A DNA stretch of 64,000 bases. Source: Eledone cirrhosa. Lineage: Eukaryota. The translations under genes were made by a program, and so were the position numbers. The stretch is taken from the NCBI GenBank assembly GCA_964016885.1, contig OZ024740.1:354330001-354394000 (forward strand). Direction: 5' to 3'. Every line of letters begins with the position of its first letter. Positions within the stretch are counted from its first letter, which is position 1. Shown here piece by piece: positions 63,981 to 64,000 of the stretch. A model generated the notes under the pieces. The model did not search any database. It was given only the letters and a program-made list of their open reading frames with translations, and was not told the origin of the DNA.

Positions 63981-64000
63981 TCAAACTTGTTAGAATTTAG

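Overview
AT-rich eukaryotic genomic DNA, most likely a cephalopod (Octopus), inferred from the repeat families and the (GAT)n/(TA)n landscape. The whole window lies inside one minus-strand ABCA-subfamily (ABCA1-like) lipid transporter gene. I reconstructed 24 phase-consistent internal exons by hand, running from the end of extracellular domain 1 through TMD1, NBD1, the regulatory region and ECD2 to the start of TMD2; one intron has a GC-AG donor. The introns are full of transposons: an apparently intact RTE-clade LINE (AP endonuclease + RT) with a C4HC3 PHD finger inserted inside the RT, many truncated RTE 3' ends ending in (GAT)n and sitting in (TA)n tracts, tRNA-derived SINEs with TSDs, Tc1/mariner, hAT, Tigger-like, piggyBac-like and Helitron-like elements, and Penelope, Tx1 and REL-endonuclease LINE relics. 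The most unusual items are (i) a ~1.84 kb non-coding element bounded by 127-bp inverted repeats, each carrying a minimal type I hammerhead ribozyme, (ii) the PHD-in-RT LINE and its apparent (TA)n targeting, and (iii) repeated fold-back palindromes at (TA)n tracts. All coordinates were read by eye; repeat boundaries are approximate.
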